Source of the DNA: an uncultured bacterium
Lineage (GTDB): Bacteria > Acidobacteriota > Aminicenantia > Aminicenantales > Aminicenantaceae
DNA: 39,493 nucleotides
Reading direction: 5' to 3'
NCBI GenBank assembly: GCA_965373045.1
Contig: CBDVEQ010000001.1
Location: 1-39,493 of the forward strand
The stretch's first letter is position 1; every line of letters starts with the position of its first letter. The notes under the pieces are model-generated. The model had not been told where the DNA came from. It saw only the letters and a list, made by a program, of their open reading frames with translations, and did no database searches. A program made the translations under genes and the position numbers. This document shows positions 26,586 through 36,298 of this stretch, piece by piece.

Positions 26586-28496
26586 ATGAAAAAATTATCA
26601 ATTGTTTTGATTATGGCATTTATTTTAGCCGGGTCCTATTTGGCCGTTGAGGCCTCCCGTGCGGCTGACTTTGTTTCTGTGCCCGGGAAGGTTAACGACA
26701 CACAGGGCAATCCTATACCCTCGGTCCTGGTTACTGCTGTAGAAACAGGCACAAAAAAGATCCATAAGACTATGACAGATAATACAGGGATCTTCATCTT
26801 CAACAACATTCCCGTTGGCCTCTATGACTTCAGGTTTGAGTTGGCGGGATTTAAAACTGCGGTGACAAAAGGCTTTCGGATAATAAAGACCAAAGGGATC
26901 ATGCTGAATGTCGTTCTTGTCCGGGTCAGCGAAAAAGACGAATCCAAGGTAGAGGTAGTTGGCGGTGGGTTGGGAGGCGTAGTTGGCGGTGTGCTGGATG
27001 GAGTGGTTAGAAAAATGATCCGGCCCATGTCAAGGGAGGCTGCAGCGCCTCCTCCGTCCTATTCCTATCCCTTCAACACCGAGGAATATGACCGGATCTA
27101 TGAGAACCAATACCTGTTAGCCCTTGCTAATCCACTCTCCACTTTTTCCATCGATGTTGATACTGCTGCCTATGCCAATGTCCGGCGGTTTATAAAGATG
27201 AATCAGCTTCCTCCCAAGGATGCGGTCCGTGTTGAAGAAATGATCAATTATTTTCGCTATGATTATCCCCTTCCTCGTGGGAAGCATCCATTTTCGATCT
27301 ATACAGAAATATCCTCCTCACCATGGAATAAAAATCATAGATTGGTCCACATCGGCCTACAGGGAAAAAAATTGGAGACCAAGGAACTTCCTTCGAGCAA
27401 TCTGGTTTTTCTCATCGATGTATCAGGATCCATGAGATCGCCCAATAAACTTCCCCTTCTGAAGTCGGCTTTTCAGCTGCTGACCAAGCAGTTGAGCAAA
27501 AAGGACAATGTAGCTATCGTGGTTTATGCAGGCGCTGCTGGTCTGGTCCTGCCGTCTACAGCAGGAGACAGGAAGGAAAAGATCATTGAATCCATAAACC
27601 AGCTTCGAGCCGGAGGATCGACTGCAGGAGGCCAGGGCATCAAACTGGCCTACAAAGTCGCAATGGAAAACTATATAAAAGGCGGAAATAACCGTGTGAT
27701 CCTGGCAACAGATGGTGATTTTAATGTCGGGGTTTCAAGTACATCTGAACTGGTACGTATGATCGAGGAAAAGCGGGAACAGGGCGTCTTTCTTACTATT
27801 GTGGGTTTCGGAATGGGAAATTACAAGGACAGCCGTATGGAGCAGCTTGCGGATAAAGGAAACGGATCCTACCACTACATTGACGGCCTGCTCGAAGCAA
27901 AAAAAGTTTTCATCGATGATATGCGCGGCACGCTCTTTACCATCGCAAAAGATGTTAAAATTCAGGTTGAGTTCAATCCTGCAAAGGTCAAGGCTTACCG
28001 TCTGATCGGATATGAGAACAGGATGCTAAAGAAGGAAGATTTCTCTGACGACACCAAAGATGCTGGTGAATTGGGCGCCGGCCATACAGTAACTGCTCTT
28101 TATGAGATCATTCCTTACGGCTCCGAAGAAGAGATCCCCGGCGTTGATAAACTTAAATACCAGGAAACCAAGATAAGTCCGGAAGCCTTTAAAACCAGAG
28201 AGCTTATGACCATAAAACTGAGATACAAAGATCCTGACGGGGAAAAGAGCAAGCTGATCGTACATCCTTTAGTGGACAAACATATCCGCCTCGCCAAAAC
28301 GTCTGATAATTTTAAATTTTCCTCTGCAGTGGCCCAGTTCGGCATGCTGCTTCGGAATTCGAAATTCAAGGGAGGATCCTCGCTGGAGAACGTCTTGAAA
28401 ATGGCAAGAGAGTCGAGGGGCAAAGATGCTTTCGGCTACCGGGCTGAATTCATCAATCTGGTGGAGCTCAGTTCTCTTCTTGACCAGTTGAAATAA
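26586..28496 (+). CDS. secreted VWA-domain protein (YfbK-like) with N-terminal carboxypeptidase-regulatory-like domain
   Basis: 636-aa ORF with an AAGGAG RBS and a signal peptide. It has a CarboxypepD_reg-like beta-sandwich (GKVNDTQGNPIPSVLVTAVETGT...TDNTGIFIFNNIPVGLYDFRFELAGFK) and a Gly/Val linker. STFSIDVDTAAYANVRRFI and the MIDAS-type block LVFLIDVSGSM are followed by a DUF3520-like tail. Confidence 0.85.
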   Translation: MKKLSIVLIMAFILAGSYLAVEASRAADFVSVPGKVNDTQGNPIPSVLVTAVETGTKKIHKTMTDNTGIFIFNNIPVGLYDFRFELAGFKTAVTKGFRIIKTKGIMLNVVLVRVSEKDESKVEVVGGGLGGVVGGVLDGVVRKMIRPMSREAAAPPPSYSYPFNTEEYDRIYENQYLLALANPLSTFSIDVDTAAYANVRRFIKMNQLPPKDAVRVEEMINYFRYDYPLPRGKHPFSIYTEISSSPWNKNHRLVHIGLQGKKLETKELPSSNLVFLIDVSGSMRSPNKLPLLKSAFQLLTKQLSKKDNVAIVVYAGAAGLVLPSTAGDRKEKIIESINQLRAGGSTAGGQGIKLAYKVAMENYIKGGNNRVILATDGDFNVGVSSTSELVRMIEEKREQGVFLTIVGFGMGNYKDSRMEQLADKGNGSYHYIDGLLEAKKVFIDDMRGTLFTIAKDVKIQVEFNPAKVKAYRLIGYENRMLKKEDFSDDTKDAGELGAGHTVTALYEIIPYGSEEEIPGVDKLKYQETKISPEAFKTRELMTIKLRYKDPDGEKSKLIVHPLVDKHIRLAKTSDNFKFSSAVAQFGMLLRNSKFKGGSSLENVLKMARESRGKDAFGYRAEFINLVELSSLLDQLK

Positions 28497-28501
28497 CAGG
28501 A

Positions 28502-29182
28502 TTATTCCACTTCCTCATTCTTGAACTCATCAAATCCGTACCCGACGAGATGAAATGGGTTGATGATCGTTGTCAGGATATTGGCCAGATGAGCGGCGAT
28601 CCTCTTTAAATATCGGGAAAACAAAGCATAGATCACGGCTTCCCTGACAACGAGATCCTTTTCATCAAGAATGTGCAAGATCATCGCATCCACCTTTTCC
28701 GTGACTTTCCGGTGGTATTTATAGTATTCCTTGGCCTTTTTCACGTCAGCCTGTTTGAAGATATTGATGGAATCCTTCAGAATAGTGCTCATGTTGTTGC
28801 GTATGGTTATCAATTCTTTTGAATAGGCATCGTCCGGCAGTTGCTTTGGATAGTGATTGGCCAACTCTATGATATTCTTGACGTAGTCTCCTATTCTTTC
28901 CAGGTCCTTGACCACAGTTATCAATATCAATGAATAGCTGGTGTCTTGCTTTGGGTTGATGGCCAGATGCTCGAGGACCTTTTTGCGGACATCCTTCTCG
29001 CATTCATTTATTTTTTGGTCGGTGGAATAGATCTTGGCTCTTTTAATGTTAAGATTCCAGATCAATTCTTCGGTAGCGATATTAAAATTGTTTGAGGCCA
29101 GCGAAAACATCGTTTCGGTCAGGTCCAGAGCCTGATTTAATAAATTTTCTCGCTTCCAGACATTAAAGATCTTTCTAAACAT
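28502..29182 (-). CDS. PhoU-domain protein
   Basis: 226-aa ORF with two PhoU-type helices: VKDLERIGDYVKNI and SRYLKRIAAHLANI. It lies 10 nt downstream of the Na/Pi-cotransporter-family gene. Confidence 0.75.
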   Translation of the reverse strand: MFRKIFNVWKRENLLNQALDLTETMFSLASNNFNIATEELIWNLNIKRAKIYSTDQKINECEKDVRKKVLEHLAINPKQDTSYSLILITVVKDLERIGDYVKNIIELANHYPKQLPDDAYSKELITIRNNMSTILKDSINIFKQADVKKAKEYYKYHRKVTEKVDAMILHILDEKDLVVREAVIYALFSRYLKRIAAHLANILTTIINPFHLVGYGFDEFKNEEVE

Positions 29183-29192
29183 ATTTCTTACC

Positions 29193-30284
29193 TCATTTTT
29201 GCAGTATTATTATAAACGCAATCGGTATCAGATACAGCATGAAATATAAAACCACAAATATAATGGTATTTTTTTTGGATTTTGTTGTAAGTTTTGCAAG
29301 GTTTTCTGCAAGCCATATGGGAACATTCTTAAACGGGTAAATGATAACGATCCCGAATATATTAAAGAGAAGATGTGTGAACGCTACCGTGATCGCTATG
29401 GGATTTAATGTCGCAAAGGCGGCCAGCATGGCAGTGACCGTTGTCCCGACATTGGCTCCCAGCATGTAAGGGAATATTTTCCGGATGGTCAGCAACCCAG
29501 CCCCGACCAGCGGAATAACCAGCGAAGTTGTGACAGAGCTGCTCTGAATAATAGCAGTGACCGCTACAGCAAGGAGAAAAGCGGTCAAACCGTTTTTGAA
29601 CAGATACCTGTCAAGAAAGATCTCGATCTTGGACAGCATTAATGAACGCATGATCTTGACCATCCGGATCAGCGAAAAAAATAACAGACCCAGAGCCAGG
29701 CCTGCCAGGAGGATTGGATACGGCAGGAGGTCTTTAATTAGGTTTATGACCGGCTGCGTGATCATTTTGAGCGGGCTTAAAAACTCAAGGCCTCCGATTC
29801 CCACAAACGCATCAGCAAGGGCAGTGGCTGATTTCTCCAGTATGTGGGTGGTCATTTCAAGGGGGAACAGGATGATAACTGCCAAAATGTTGAAAATATC
29901 ATGGACAGTACCAGCGGCAAATGCCCGCTCAAATTCCTGCTTTCTAGTTATATGCCCCAATGAGACAATTGTATTTGTAATGGTGGTGCCGATATTAGCG
30001 CCCATAATAATCGGAATCGCTCCGGACAGAGTCAATACTCCTCCGGCCACTGCGCCTACCGCGATGGAGGTTGTGGTCGATGAGCTCTGGATGATACTGG
30101 TGATAAGTATCCCGATCAGCAAACCGACAAAGGGATTGGAGGTTGTTTTAATAATAGCTTCTGCAAACCCTTTTCCCATCAGTTGAAAAGATGCGCCCAT
30201 AAGCTGGATGGAAAGGAGAAACAGATAAAGGACGGCTATAAAAAAAAGCAGCTTTTTGATTCTGACCAGGGTTTCTTTTTTCAT
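29193..30284 (-). CDS. Na+/phosphate-cotransporter-family (NptA-like) membrane protein
   Basis: 363-aa polytopic ORF with the duplicated signature IIQSSSTTTSI and IIQSSSVTTSL. Confidence 0.85.
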   Translation of the reverse strand: MKKETLVRIKKLLFFIAVLYLFLLSIQLMGASFQLMGKGFAEAIIKTTSNPFVGLLIGILITSIIQSSSTTTSIAVGAVAGGVLTLSGAIPIIMGANIGTTITNTIVSLGHITRKQEFERAFAAGTVHDIFNILAVIILFPLEMTTHILEKSATALADAFVGIGGLEFLSPLKMITQPVINLIKDLLPYPILLAGLALGLLFFSLIRMVKIMRSLMLSKIEIFLDRYLFKNGLTAFLLAVAVTAIIQSSSVTTSLVIPLVGAGLLTIRKIFPYMLGANVGTTVTAMLAAFATLNPIAITVAFTHLLFNIFGIVIIYPFKNVPIWLAENLAKLTTKSKKNTIIFVVLYFMLYLIPIAFIIILQK

Positions 30285-30361
30285 TTGTGGAAGAAACGAT
30301 ACAATATCACAGAAGAAAGTTTGAGCAAAGAAAAATCAATATGATCTTAAAAACCAAATTT

Positions 30362-31630
30362 TTATAATCGGCCGCAGCATTTTTTATATTTAAGCCCGCT
30401 TCCGCAGGGACACGGATCGTTTCTGCCGACAGGTGGCTGTTTAATTGATTGAGGACTGGAAGGCATCATGGCCTGCTGTCGCTTCCAATCATCAGCCATC
30501 CATCTGAACTGCTCATCTGCATGGGAAAAAAATGTCTTAAATGAGGGGCAGAAATAGTTTAACCCTCGGGACGGAGCCGACAAGAGACGCTCTTTAGGGC
30601 AGCCTCCTCTGCAGAATGGAAGCCATCTGCATTTTTGGCATTCAGGGTGAAGGATTGATTTGATCCTGCCGAACCTGTTCTGTTGAGCGCTGTTCAGCAT
30701 ATCGATGATCTTTTTGTCCTGGATATTTCCCAGCTTCCATTCCGGATCGACAAAAAAGTCACATGCATACACATCGCCGTTGTGCTCGATCACCACATAG
30801 ACACCGCATTCTTTGAGAAGCGTACATTCTGGAGGAGGCAGTCCCACATAAGAATGGAACAGAGAGTCAAACAGACGGATGGATGTAGCCGGGACGCCGT
30901 CAACAAAATCGCCAAGCCAAAGGTCAAAGAGTTGGCAGAGAAACTCCCCGTACTGTTCCGGCGGAACCGAGAACGAAGCAGGTTTGGAACTGTCTTTCGG
31001 GTCCTTTTCCAGGCAGGGGATGTACTGCTGGAAAGTCAGTCCCAAGGATTTGTGGAATGCGTATATCTCTTCCGGGAAGCGGACAGAATAATCATTGACG
31101 ACCACCAGTGCGTTAACCTCTACTCCTTCATCCATCATCAGCCTGGCTTTATCTTTAACTTTTGCCCAGGAACCCTCTCTGCTGCATTGTTTTCTGTAGC
31201 GGTCATGGATGTGTTCGGGCCCGTCCAGAGAAAGGCCGACCAGAAATTTGTATTTGTTCAGGAATTTTGCCCACTCCTTATCGATCAAGAGTCCGTTTGT
31301 CTGGAAACCGTTCCCGACGGTATGTCCGCGGCCGTATTTCTGCTGAAAGCTGACCGCTTTTTCAAAAAAGGAAATTCCCATAAGAGTCGGCTCTCCTCCC
31401 TGCCATCCAAACGAAACCTGATGTTCGCTCTGGGACATGACCTGTCTGGTCATTTCTTCCAGTGTTTCTTCGCTCATGCGGTGAATTTTGTTCTCTGGAA
31501 ACATTTCTGCCTTTTCCAGATAAAAACAGTAGGTGCATCCTAGATTGCAGTCCGGCCCGGCCGGTTTAACAAGAATAGACTGGAGCGGTTTAGCATGCTT
31601 CCTTATGGTCCCATAAAAAGCTTTTGGCAT
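30362..31630 (-). CDS. anaerobic sulfatase-maturating enzyme (radical SAM / SPASM) with C-terminal SEC-C motif
   Basis: 422-aa ORF with the [10 protein letters not shown] radical-SAM cluster. SPASM cysteines are present (GDVYACDFF and [19 protein letters not shown]). A terminal extension ends [19 protein letters not shown]. The start lies 5 nt after the upstream sulfatase stop. Confidence 0.9.
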   Translation of the reverse strand: MPKAFYGTIRKHAKPLQSILVKPAGPDCNLGCTYCFYLEKAEMFPENKIHRMSEETLEEMTRQVMSQSEHQVSFGWQGGEPTLMGISFFEKAVSFQQKYGRGHTVGNGFQTNGLLIDKEWAKFLNKYKFLVGLSLDGPEHIHDRYRKQCSREGSWAKVKDKARLMMDEGVEVNALVVVNDYSVRFPEEIYAFHKSLGLTFQQYIPCLEKDPKDSSKPASFSVPPEQYGEFLCQLFDLWLGDFVDGVPATSIRLFDSLFHSYVGLPPPECTLLKECGVYVVIEHNGDVYACDFFVDPEWKLGNIQDKKIIDMLNSAQQNRFGRIKSILHPECQKCRWLPFCRGGCPKERLLSAPSRGLNYFCPSFKTFFSHADEQFRWMADDWKRQQAMMPSSPQSIKQPPVGRNDPCPCGSGLKYKKCCGRL

Positions 31631-31635
31631 GAGAT

Positions 31636-33096
31636 TTATTTTCTCGGAGGCAAATAATCCGGATTGGGCCGTGGGAGTTTGGCCTTGGATTTTTTAAGCC
31701 AGATGACAAGGTCTTCGTTTAATTCCTTCACTTTATCAGGCCTTTTATCCGAAAGGTCATGTTTTTCGCTGATGTCCTCTTTAAGATTAAAAAGCTCAAA
31801 GGTCTTTCCCTCATAACGTTTGATCAGCTTCCAGTCTTTCTTGCGGATGATACTGTAAGGAACAACACTTCCTCTGTAATGGGGGAAATGCCAGTAGATC
31901 GCATTTCTTTTTAATTGTCCGCTCTGTCGAAGAACAGGAATGAGGTTTTCCCCGTCGATCGTCCTGTCCGAAGGCAGGTTCACAGAGGCGGCATCACAGA
32001 TAGTGGGAAAGAAATCAATGCTGGAAACCGGCTCATGGCAAACCGAACCGGCTTTGACCTCTCCGGGCCAGCGGACGATCAGAGGCACCCGGATCCCTCC
32101 CTCATAGGGGTATCCTTTCCCCGAGCGCAGCGGTTTATTATCCGTGGCATAGTCTTTTAATCCCCCGTTATCCGAAGTGAAAATAATAAGAGTATTTTTA
32201 TTGAGGCCTGACTCATCCAGGGCCTTCAGGATCCGTTCCACAGCCTGGTCAACGCTTTCTATCATCGCGGCATAGACAGCGTTTGTATGGTTCGTCTTTG
32301 TCTTTTTGTCATATTTGGCTACAAGGCTCTTTTTTCCCTGAAACGGTGTGTGGACCGCATAATGGCACATGTTGAGGAAAAAAGGCTTATCTGTGTTCTG
32401 TTTTATAAATTGTACCGCTTCATCAGCTTCCCGGTCTGTAAGGTATTCACTCTGTTTTCGGGGACGCAGGGTTGCAATACTGCTTCGCCGGGCATGTTGA
32501 TAATAGGGGTCAAAGTAAGTCGGCGGCTGGCCGATCTCACAGCCTCCGATATTGATATCAAATCCCTGCTTATCGGGAAACCATTCATAGGGTCCCAGAT
32601 GCCACTTTCCAATGTGGCAGGTTGTGTAACCGGCTGTCTTGAGCATTTCAGCGATCGTGACCTCATCCAGTTCCATCCAGTAGGGATTTGGCGGGCAGAG
32701 AAGCCTGCGGTTTCGGCCTCCTACATATTCCTCTGGGTTTTTTCTGGAACCTATGGCAGTGTGGGCTTCGCGGTCCAGATGGTGGATCCAGTCCGTCACT
32801 CCGGTCCTTGCTGGATAGCGGCCGGTCATAATGGATGCGCGTGTCGGGGAACAGACTGCACATGCAGCATATCCATTGGTAAATTTCATTCCCTGAGAGG
32901 CGAGGATGTCGATATTCGGAGTCTCATAATAGCGGCTTCCATAGCAGGAGAGATCTGTCCAGCCGAGGTCATCCACATTGATAATGATAAAATTGAGTGG
33001 AATTTGTGCCCCAAGCGTAAAAGGGGACAGAGGACCACCCCCGGCTAAGGCTGCAGCTCCCAAGCCAAGAGAATGCAGGAATTGACGTCTTTTCAT
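31636..33096 (-). CDS. Cys-type sulfatase with Tat-type leader
   Basis: 486-aa ORF with leader [19 protein letters not shown]. It has [19 protein letters not shown] ([13 protein letters not shown]), GKWHLG and SDNGG. Confidence 0.9.
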   Translation of the reverse strand: MKRRQFLHSLGLGAAALAGGGPLSPFTLGAQIPLNFIIINVDDLGWTDLSCYGSRYYETPNIDILASQGMKFTNGYAACAVCSPTRASIMTGRYPARTGVTDWIHHLDREAHTAIGSRKNPEEYVGGRNRRLLCPPNPYWMELDEVTIAEMLKTAGYTTCHIGKWHLGPYEWFPDKQGFDINIGGCEIGQPPTYFDPYYQHARRSSIATLRPRKQSEYLTDREADEAVQFIKQNTDKPFFLNMCHYAVHTPFQGKKSLVAKYDKKTKTNHTNAVYAAMIESVDQAVERILKALDESGLNKNTLIIFTSDNGGLKDYATDNKPLRSGKGYPYEGGIRVPLIVRWPGEVKAGSVCHEPVSSIDFFPTICDAASVNLPSDRTIDGENLIPVLRQSGQLKRNAIYWHFPHYRGSVVPYSIIRKKDWKLIKRYEGKTFELFNLKEDISEKHDLSDKRPDKVKELNEDLVIWLKKSKAKLPRPNPDYLPPRK

Positions 33097-33107
33097 GAGT
33101 GTCTCCC

Positions 33108-34616
33108 TTATTCGTTTCGTTTTTTTCTGACGAGTGGGAAAAGGCCGGATTCTGTACGTGCGGAAAAGAGGATATCTTCGATTTTTCCCATAACATCCGG
33201 ATTTTTAGCGGCAATATTATGTGATTCAGAGATATCATTCTTCAAGTTATAAAGCTCGATGTCTTTGTCGTAAGCGGCGCGACAGGCTTTCCAATCGCCC
33301 ATCCGGACCGCCTGCCGTCCCAGGTATTCCCAATACAAATAATCATGTTCCTGCTGCTTTTCAGGCTGTCCCATCAAAGTAGGTAGAAAAGAGATACCAT
33401 CGATATTATGAGGAGCCTGGATGCCCAGCAGGTCAGCAATGGTAGGCAAGACATCCCAGAATGCGGAGATGTGACCTGTCTCTGTTCCCGGCTGGATCTT
33501 TCCTGGCCAGCGGGCGATCATAGGAACGCGGATCCCTCCCTCGTAAAGCTGGGTCTTTAAACCACGAAGCGGGCCTGCACTGTTGAAAAACGTCGAATCC
33601 GTTCCTCCATTAAAGGTCGGTCCGTTATCGCTTGTGAACATAACCAGTGTGTTGTCCTCCAGTCCCAACTCATTGAGAAGGTCCAGGATCCGGCCGATCT
33701 CCCTGTCCATACGCGTGATCATTGCTGCGTAAGCGGCCCTGGGCTTTGGATGGGGTGTATAGCCCCTGTCGCCCTTGTAAGGGATTTCTGTAAAAGCCCC
33801 TTGGTATTTCTTTAGAGAATCTTCTGGAACCTGGAGGGAAACATGGGGAACAGGGAAGGGCAGGTACAGGAAAAAAGGCCTGTCCTTGTTCTCTCGGATA
33901 AACTGCAGGGCTTCTTCCGCCATCCTGTCCATGGAGTATGTTTTGCCTTTATAGGGTGCATATGAAGTGAGGTCCAAAGGATCTTTATTTTCCGGAAGTT
34001 TTTGGTGGGGGAAGAAGTACTCATTCCCTTCCAACATGTCTTTGGTCCCGTTTTTCCAGAGATGGGTTGGATAATAATTGTGGGCTATCCTCTGGCAGAG
34101 ATAGCCGTAAAAAAGATCGAATCCCTGTTTACTCGGCTGCCCTGTGCTGTCCGGACCTCCCAGTCCCCATTTGCCGATCGCTCCGGTTGTATATCCATGT
34201 TTCTGGAGGATGGTTCCGATGGTCTCTGTGCCGGGCAAAAGCGGTCTCTGCCCTTCAAGATTCGGGTCGTGCCATACATCTCCTCTTTCAGGCAGTTCGT
34301 CATTAGCCCGGATGTATGCGTGTCCTGTATGTTTTCCGGTCAGAAGGACGCACCTTGAGGGAGCACAGACCGGGCTCCCAGAGTAGTGCTGGGTAAATTT
34401 TATTCCCTCATCCGCCAGTTTATCGATGTTCGGTGTCCGGATCTTTGTCTGCCCATAACTTCCAAGTTCCCCATATCCCAGGTCATCAGCCAGAATATAG
34501 ATGATGTTGGGCTTTTTGATGTTTTTTTTACATCCCCATTCGATCGGAGGGATGGAAAGAGCCGCAGCTCCCAGTCCTATTGTTTTTAAAAAATCACGCC
34601 GGTTAAACTTGGACAT
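33108..34616 (-). CDS. Cys-type sulfatase (arylsulfatase A-like) with Tat-type leader
   Basis: 502-aa ORF with leader FNRRDFLKTIGLGAAALS. It has LADDLGYGELGSYG, C-A-P-S-R (PVCAPSRCVLLTG), GKWGLG and SDNGP. Confidence 0.9.
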   Translation of the reverse strand: MSKFNRRDFLKTIGLGAAALSIPPIEWGCKKNIKKPNIIYILADDLGYGELGSYGQTKIRTPNIDKLADEGIKFTQHYSGSPVCAPSRCVLLTGKHTGHAYIRANDELPERGDVWHDPNLEGQRPLLPGTETIGTILQKHGYTTGAIGKWGLGGPDSTGQPSKQGFDLFYGYLCQRIAHNYYPTHLWKNGTKDMLEGNEYFFPHQKLPENKDPLDLTSYAPYKGKTYSMDRMAEEALQFIRENKDRPFFLYLPFPVPHVSLQVPEDSLKKYQGAFTEIPYKGDRGYTPHPKPRAAYAAMITRMDREIGRILDLLNELGLEDNTLVMFTSDNGPTFNGGTDSTFFNSAGPLRGLKTQLYEGGIRVPMIARWPGKIQPGTETGHISAFWDVLPTIADLLGIQAPHNIDGISFLPTLMGQPEKQQEHDYLYWEYLGRQAVRMGDWKACRAAYDKDIELYNLKNDISESHNIAAKNPDVMGKIEDILFSARTESGLFPLVRKKRNE

Positions 34617-34653
34617 TATAAAAGATCTCCCTATTTATAAAAATAATTGAAGA

Positions 34654-35463
34654 TTATTTTTTAAATATCTCTACCAGAGCGATTCTGTGTCCTTTCTGCA
34701 CCTCAAATCCGGATGACTTGATATGGGAGATGGGATTCCAGGTGATATCAATTAGTCCGTCTTTATCCAGGTCGACTCTCCATCCGTATTCCAGGTTTTT
34801 AATAAAGATTTGTTTTTTTGACGCCGTTTTTGCTTCCGGTCCTTTGGGGATTTCCATGGCTGTTATATAACCCGATGTGCTGTAATTTTCCACAAAAATC
34901 TTCATCGACCGCTTCCTGGTGGTTTGGAGAACTACTATCCCCTTGGAACTCAGTGAAAAATCAATATACCTCTTCGGTTCTGTAAAAAGCTCTTTGGCCT
35001 GTTCCTGTCCAAGTCCTTCGAACTTCTGCCTGGCTTCTGTCAGTGTCAGGTCTTCCTTGAACCGCAGTGCCGGGTCTTTTATGATGCCTTTTAGCTTATT
35101 AATGATAAAATCTTCGGAAAAACCATCCTGAAGAGCAGAGTTGACGAAATTCCACCTGGAAATATCAAAGAAGATCTTCCCATTCTCATCTTTAGGTGTG
35201 AGCTGGCCGAGAAACATGTAATATTTATTGGGTTTTTTGCTGCTTTTTTTCCAGGCCCATCCCGGGGGAAGTTGCTCGTCCCACTGAACTCCATGTTCGT
35301 CAGATGCGGAAATACTGCCTGACAGCATGAGCTTTTGATTAGCCACATATTTTCGCAGTGGAGCGGGATCTGCGTTGGATCCCATCAGCAATACAAGTAA
35401 AAATACGGGGATCAAGATCCGATAGGCGGAACTTTTTGTTGGAAATAATGTTGTTATACGCAT
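34654..35463 (-). CDS. hypothetical exported protein (no family recognised)
   Basis: 269-aa ORF with an ATG start and AAGGAAG about 7 nt upstream. It has a hydrophobic leader (YRILIPVFLLVLLMGSNA). It is the first gene of the sulfatase/maturase string, 37 nt from the next gene. Confidence 0.7.
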   Translation of the reverse strand: MRITTLFPTKSSAYRILIPVFLLVLLMGSNADPAPLRKYVANQKLMLSGSISASDEHGVQWDEQLPPGWAWKKSSKKPNKYYMFLGQLTPKDENGKIFFDISRWNFVNSALQDGFSEDFIINKLKGIIKDPALRFKEDLTLTEARQKFEGLGQEQAKELFTEPKRYIDFSLSSKGIVVLQTTRKRSMKIFVENYSTSGYITAMEIPKGPEAKTASKKQIFIKNLEYGWRVDLDKDGLIDITWNPISHIKSSGFEVQKGHRIALVEIFKK

Positions 35464-35667
35464 GTCAGATCTTCCTTATATGAGGGATTCCACGGAAATC
35501 AGTATAGAGCTTTCTTCGGTTTTTTTAAAGAGGACGAATCGAGTCATTTAAAATCTAATCCAAATGGACATGAGGAGTGAATGATTTTATAACCTAATCT
35601 TGCTCGAAAGGAGGTTGGGTTATGAGACCGGAAGCACAATATTGTCTTGTTGTAGGGAAAGTGCAAA

Positions 35668-36003
35668 TCACGAAGACAAATATTTTTCAAGCGCTTCGGA
35701 CACAATTTTATTGAGGTTAGTGCCTTTTGCCCTAGCGTACAATACTGCTTTACGATGAAGATCACTTCCTGTGCGAACATTAAAGCTGCCCTTGAAGGGT
35801 TTATCGGGTTTTTTCCCTTCTTCGGTACAGAGTTCTAAATAGTCGTCAACAGCCTCTATAAAGGCCGCACGTAAACTTTCCACATCATTCCCCTCATAGT
35901 TTACAAGACTACGAATAAATTCTATTTTTCCATGAAAGATCCGGTCTTCGTCACTATAATGAACCGAGCCATAATATCCTTTATAGCTCATCATATCTTT
36001 CAT
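35668..36003 (-). CDS. hicB: HicB-family antitoxin
   Basis: 111-aa ORF. The N-terminal HicB fold block is YKGYYGSVHYSDEDRIFHGKI. The C-terminal ribbon-helix-helix-like block is GSFNVRTGSDLHRKAVLYARAKGTNLNKIVSEAL. Its start overlaps the hicA stop by 4 nt (ATGA). Confidence 0.85.
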   Translation of the reverse strand: MKDMMSYKGYYGSVHYSDEDRIFHGKIEFIRSLVNYEGNDVESLRAAFIEAVDDYLELCTEEGKKPDKPFKGSFNVRTGSDLHRKAVLYARAKGTNLNKIVSEALEKYLSS

Positions 36004-36254
36004 AGTATTCCCTCCTGTTTAAAGATCTCCAAAATATCATGGATGATATACATCTTGAGAATATTGTTGGGGTGCGGCTTATGTAAAGTGATCGGTGCTG
36101 CTGTCGAATGAACATATCTCATTCTTGATCCTCCGGTTTTACCTGGTTTTGCCTGTTTATAACCAAGAAGATTTAACAATGTTGTAAGTTCATTCCATGT
36201 GAAATCTTTAGGTCGCTGTTGTAATCTTGCCAGTAATTTGTCTTTGCGGCCCAT
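36000..36254 (-). CDS. hicA: HicA-family toxin
   Basis: The ORF track gives 100 aa. I start the gene at the ATG at 36254 (MGRKDKLLARLQQRPKDFTWNELTTLL...GKTGGSRMRYVH...TLHKPHPNNILKMYIIHDI), giving 84 aa. The size, the gene order (hicA before hicB) and these motifs fit the YcfA/HicA family. Confidence 0.75.
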   Translation of the reverse strand: MGRKDKLLARLQQRPKDFTWNELTTLLNLLGYKQAKPGKTGGSRMRYVHSTAAPITLHKPHPNNILKMYIIHDILEIFKQEGIL

Positions 36255-36298
36255 TAATCTTCTTTTCTTATAAAATGTATAATAATCCCACAATAAAT

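Noticed and set aside
30683-31543. A 286-aa ORF antisense to the sulfatase maturase. It is long for a region that is not especially GC-rich.
   Set aside because: The sense frame has the radical-SAM and SPASM cysteine motifs. The antisense product has no motif, no RBS and no signal sequence. I treat it as a frame shadow, although I cannot compute the probability.
35544-35780. A 78-aa ORF overlapping the 3' end of hicB and the downstream spacer.
   Set aside because: It overlaps hicB in another frame, and has no RBS and no motif.
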